From the NCBI GenBank assembly GCA_951406725.2, contig OX597832.1, forward strand, positions 4,836,001 through 4,900,000: a stretch of 64,000 nt of DNA, in the 5' to 3' direction. Below the pieces are notes generated by a model that was given only the letters and a program-made list of their open reading frames with translations, was not told the DNA's origin and did not search any database. A program made the translations under genes and the position numbers. This document shows, one piece after another, positions 63,330 to 64,000 of the stretch (position 1 is the stretch's first letter; every line of letters starts with the position of its first letter). Origin of the DNA: Octopus vulgaris. Taxonomy: Eukaryota.

Positions 63330-64000
63330 AATAATGACATGACATAGGTATATTAAAAAATATACATTATAATTTTTTTACATGTAAGGACACTTGACAA
63401 ATGTATATGCTTTACTCAGTCTCATTTCTCTTCTTTATAAACTTGAAACCTTGTCTTTATATGAGAAATCAATATGTTTGATGTTTGTTTTGCTACAGAA
63501 TAAGAGCTAAGAAAGTGAGAAAACTCTTTTTTCTGGTTTTTAACCTTGATGAAATCATGTGTGTGCATATATATATTCATACATATAATGTTTTACTAAT
63601 CACAACTATTTCAAGTAATTTCAATGCCTAGATATCTGTCTTTGTAAATGAAGAAGTCAATGGTGTAGAAAAGTTGAAGGTTCTGCACTGGTCTCACTGT
63701 GGCATTAAGTTGGAGAAGGAACTTCTAATCCAAGAGGAGAAGGACGTATGATTGCAAAAATAGGCAACTTTCTATATTGACAGTGATAAGTATTTACAGT
63801 TAGAGATAGGTAACTACATCTGTGATATTACTTTTTCCCAAGTTATTGAGGCTGTGTGAAAGCAGATCCCTTGTAGGGTTCTCCAGTACCATATCAGAGA
63901 TCAAAGATTCTACAGATGCTACAGAAACTCTATAACTGATCACTGTAACAAAAGAGACTCAAAGGGATAGTTTTTTTGTTTTTTTTTTACTGTTCCCATT

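Overview
AT-rich, repeat-dense eukaryotic genomic DNA. The SINE families and microsatellite load look like a coleoid cephalopod (Octopus); this is recognition from memory, not a database result. One host protein-coding gene is well supported: a plus-strand ankyrin-repeat/SOCS-box (ASB-like) gene with coding exons 42170-42177 (inferred), 50176-50579, 59341-59649 and 62574-63064. These join in frame to give about 403 aa. A possible short minus-strand gene with an EGF-like Cys pattern sits at the left edge. Most of the rest is transposon debris: tRNA-derived SINEs, Penelope-like elements (PLEs), R4/Dong-, RTE-, CR1- and Tx1-like LINE relics, Tc1/mariner, a near full-length hAT with an intact TSD, piggyBac-like MITEs, Helitrons, a BEL/Pao integrase relic, foldback palindromes and microsatellites. 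The most interesting signal is a set of hammerhead-ribozyme motifs, both in PLE 3' ends and in a short element whose longer copy has a tRNA-like head. Both copies of that short element show a Penelope-type inverted-end integration structure with TSDs. Most ORFs in the supplied track are microsatellite or repeat artefacts. Repeat boundaries are approximate unless a TSD or TIR is quoted.
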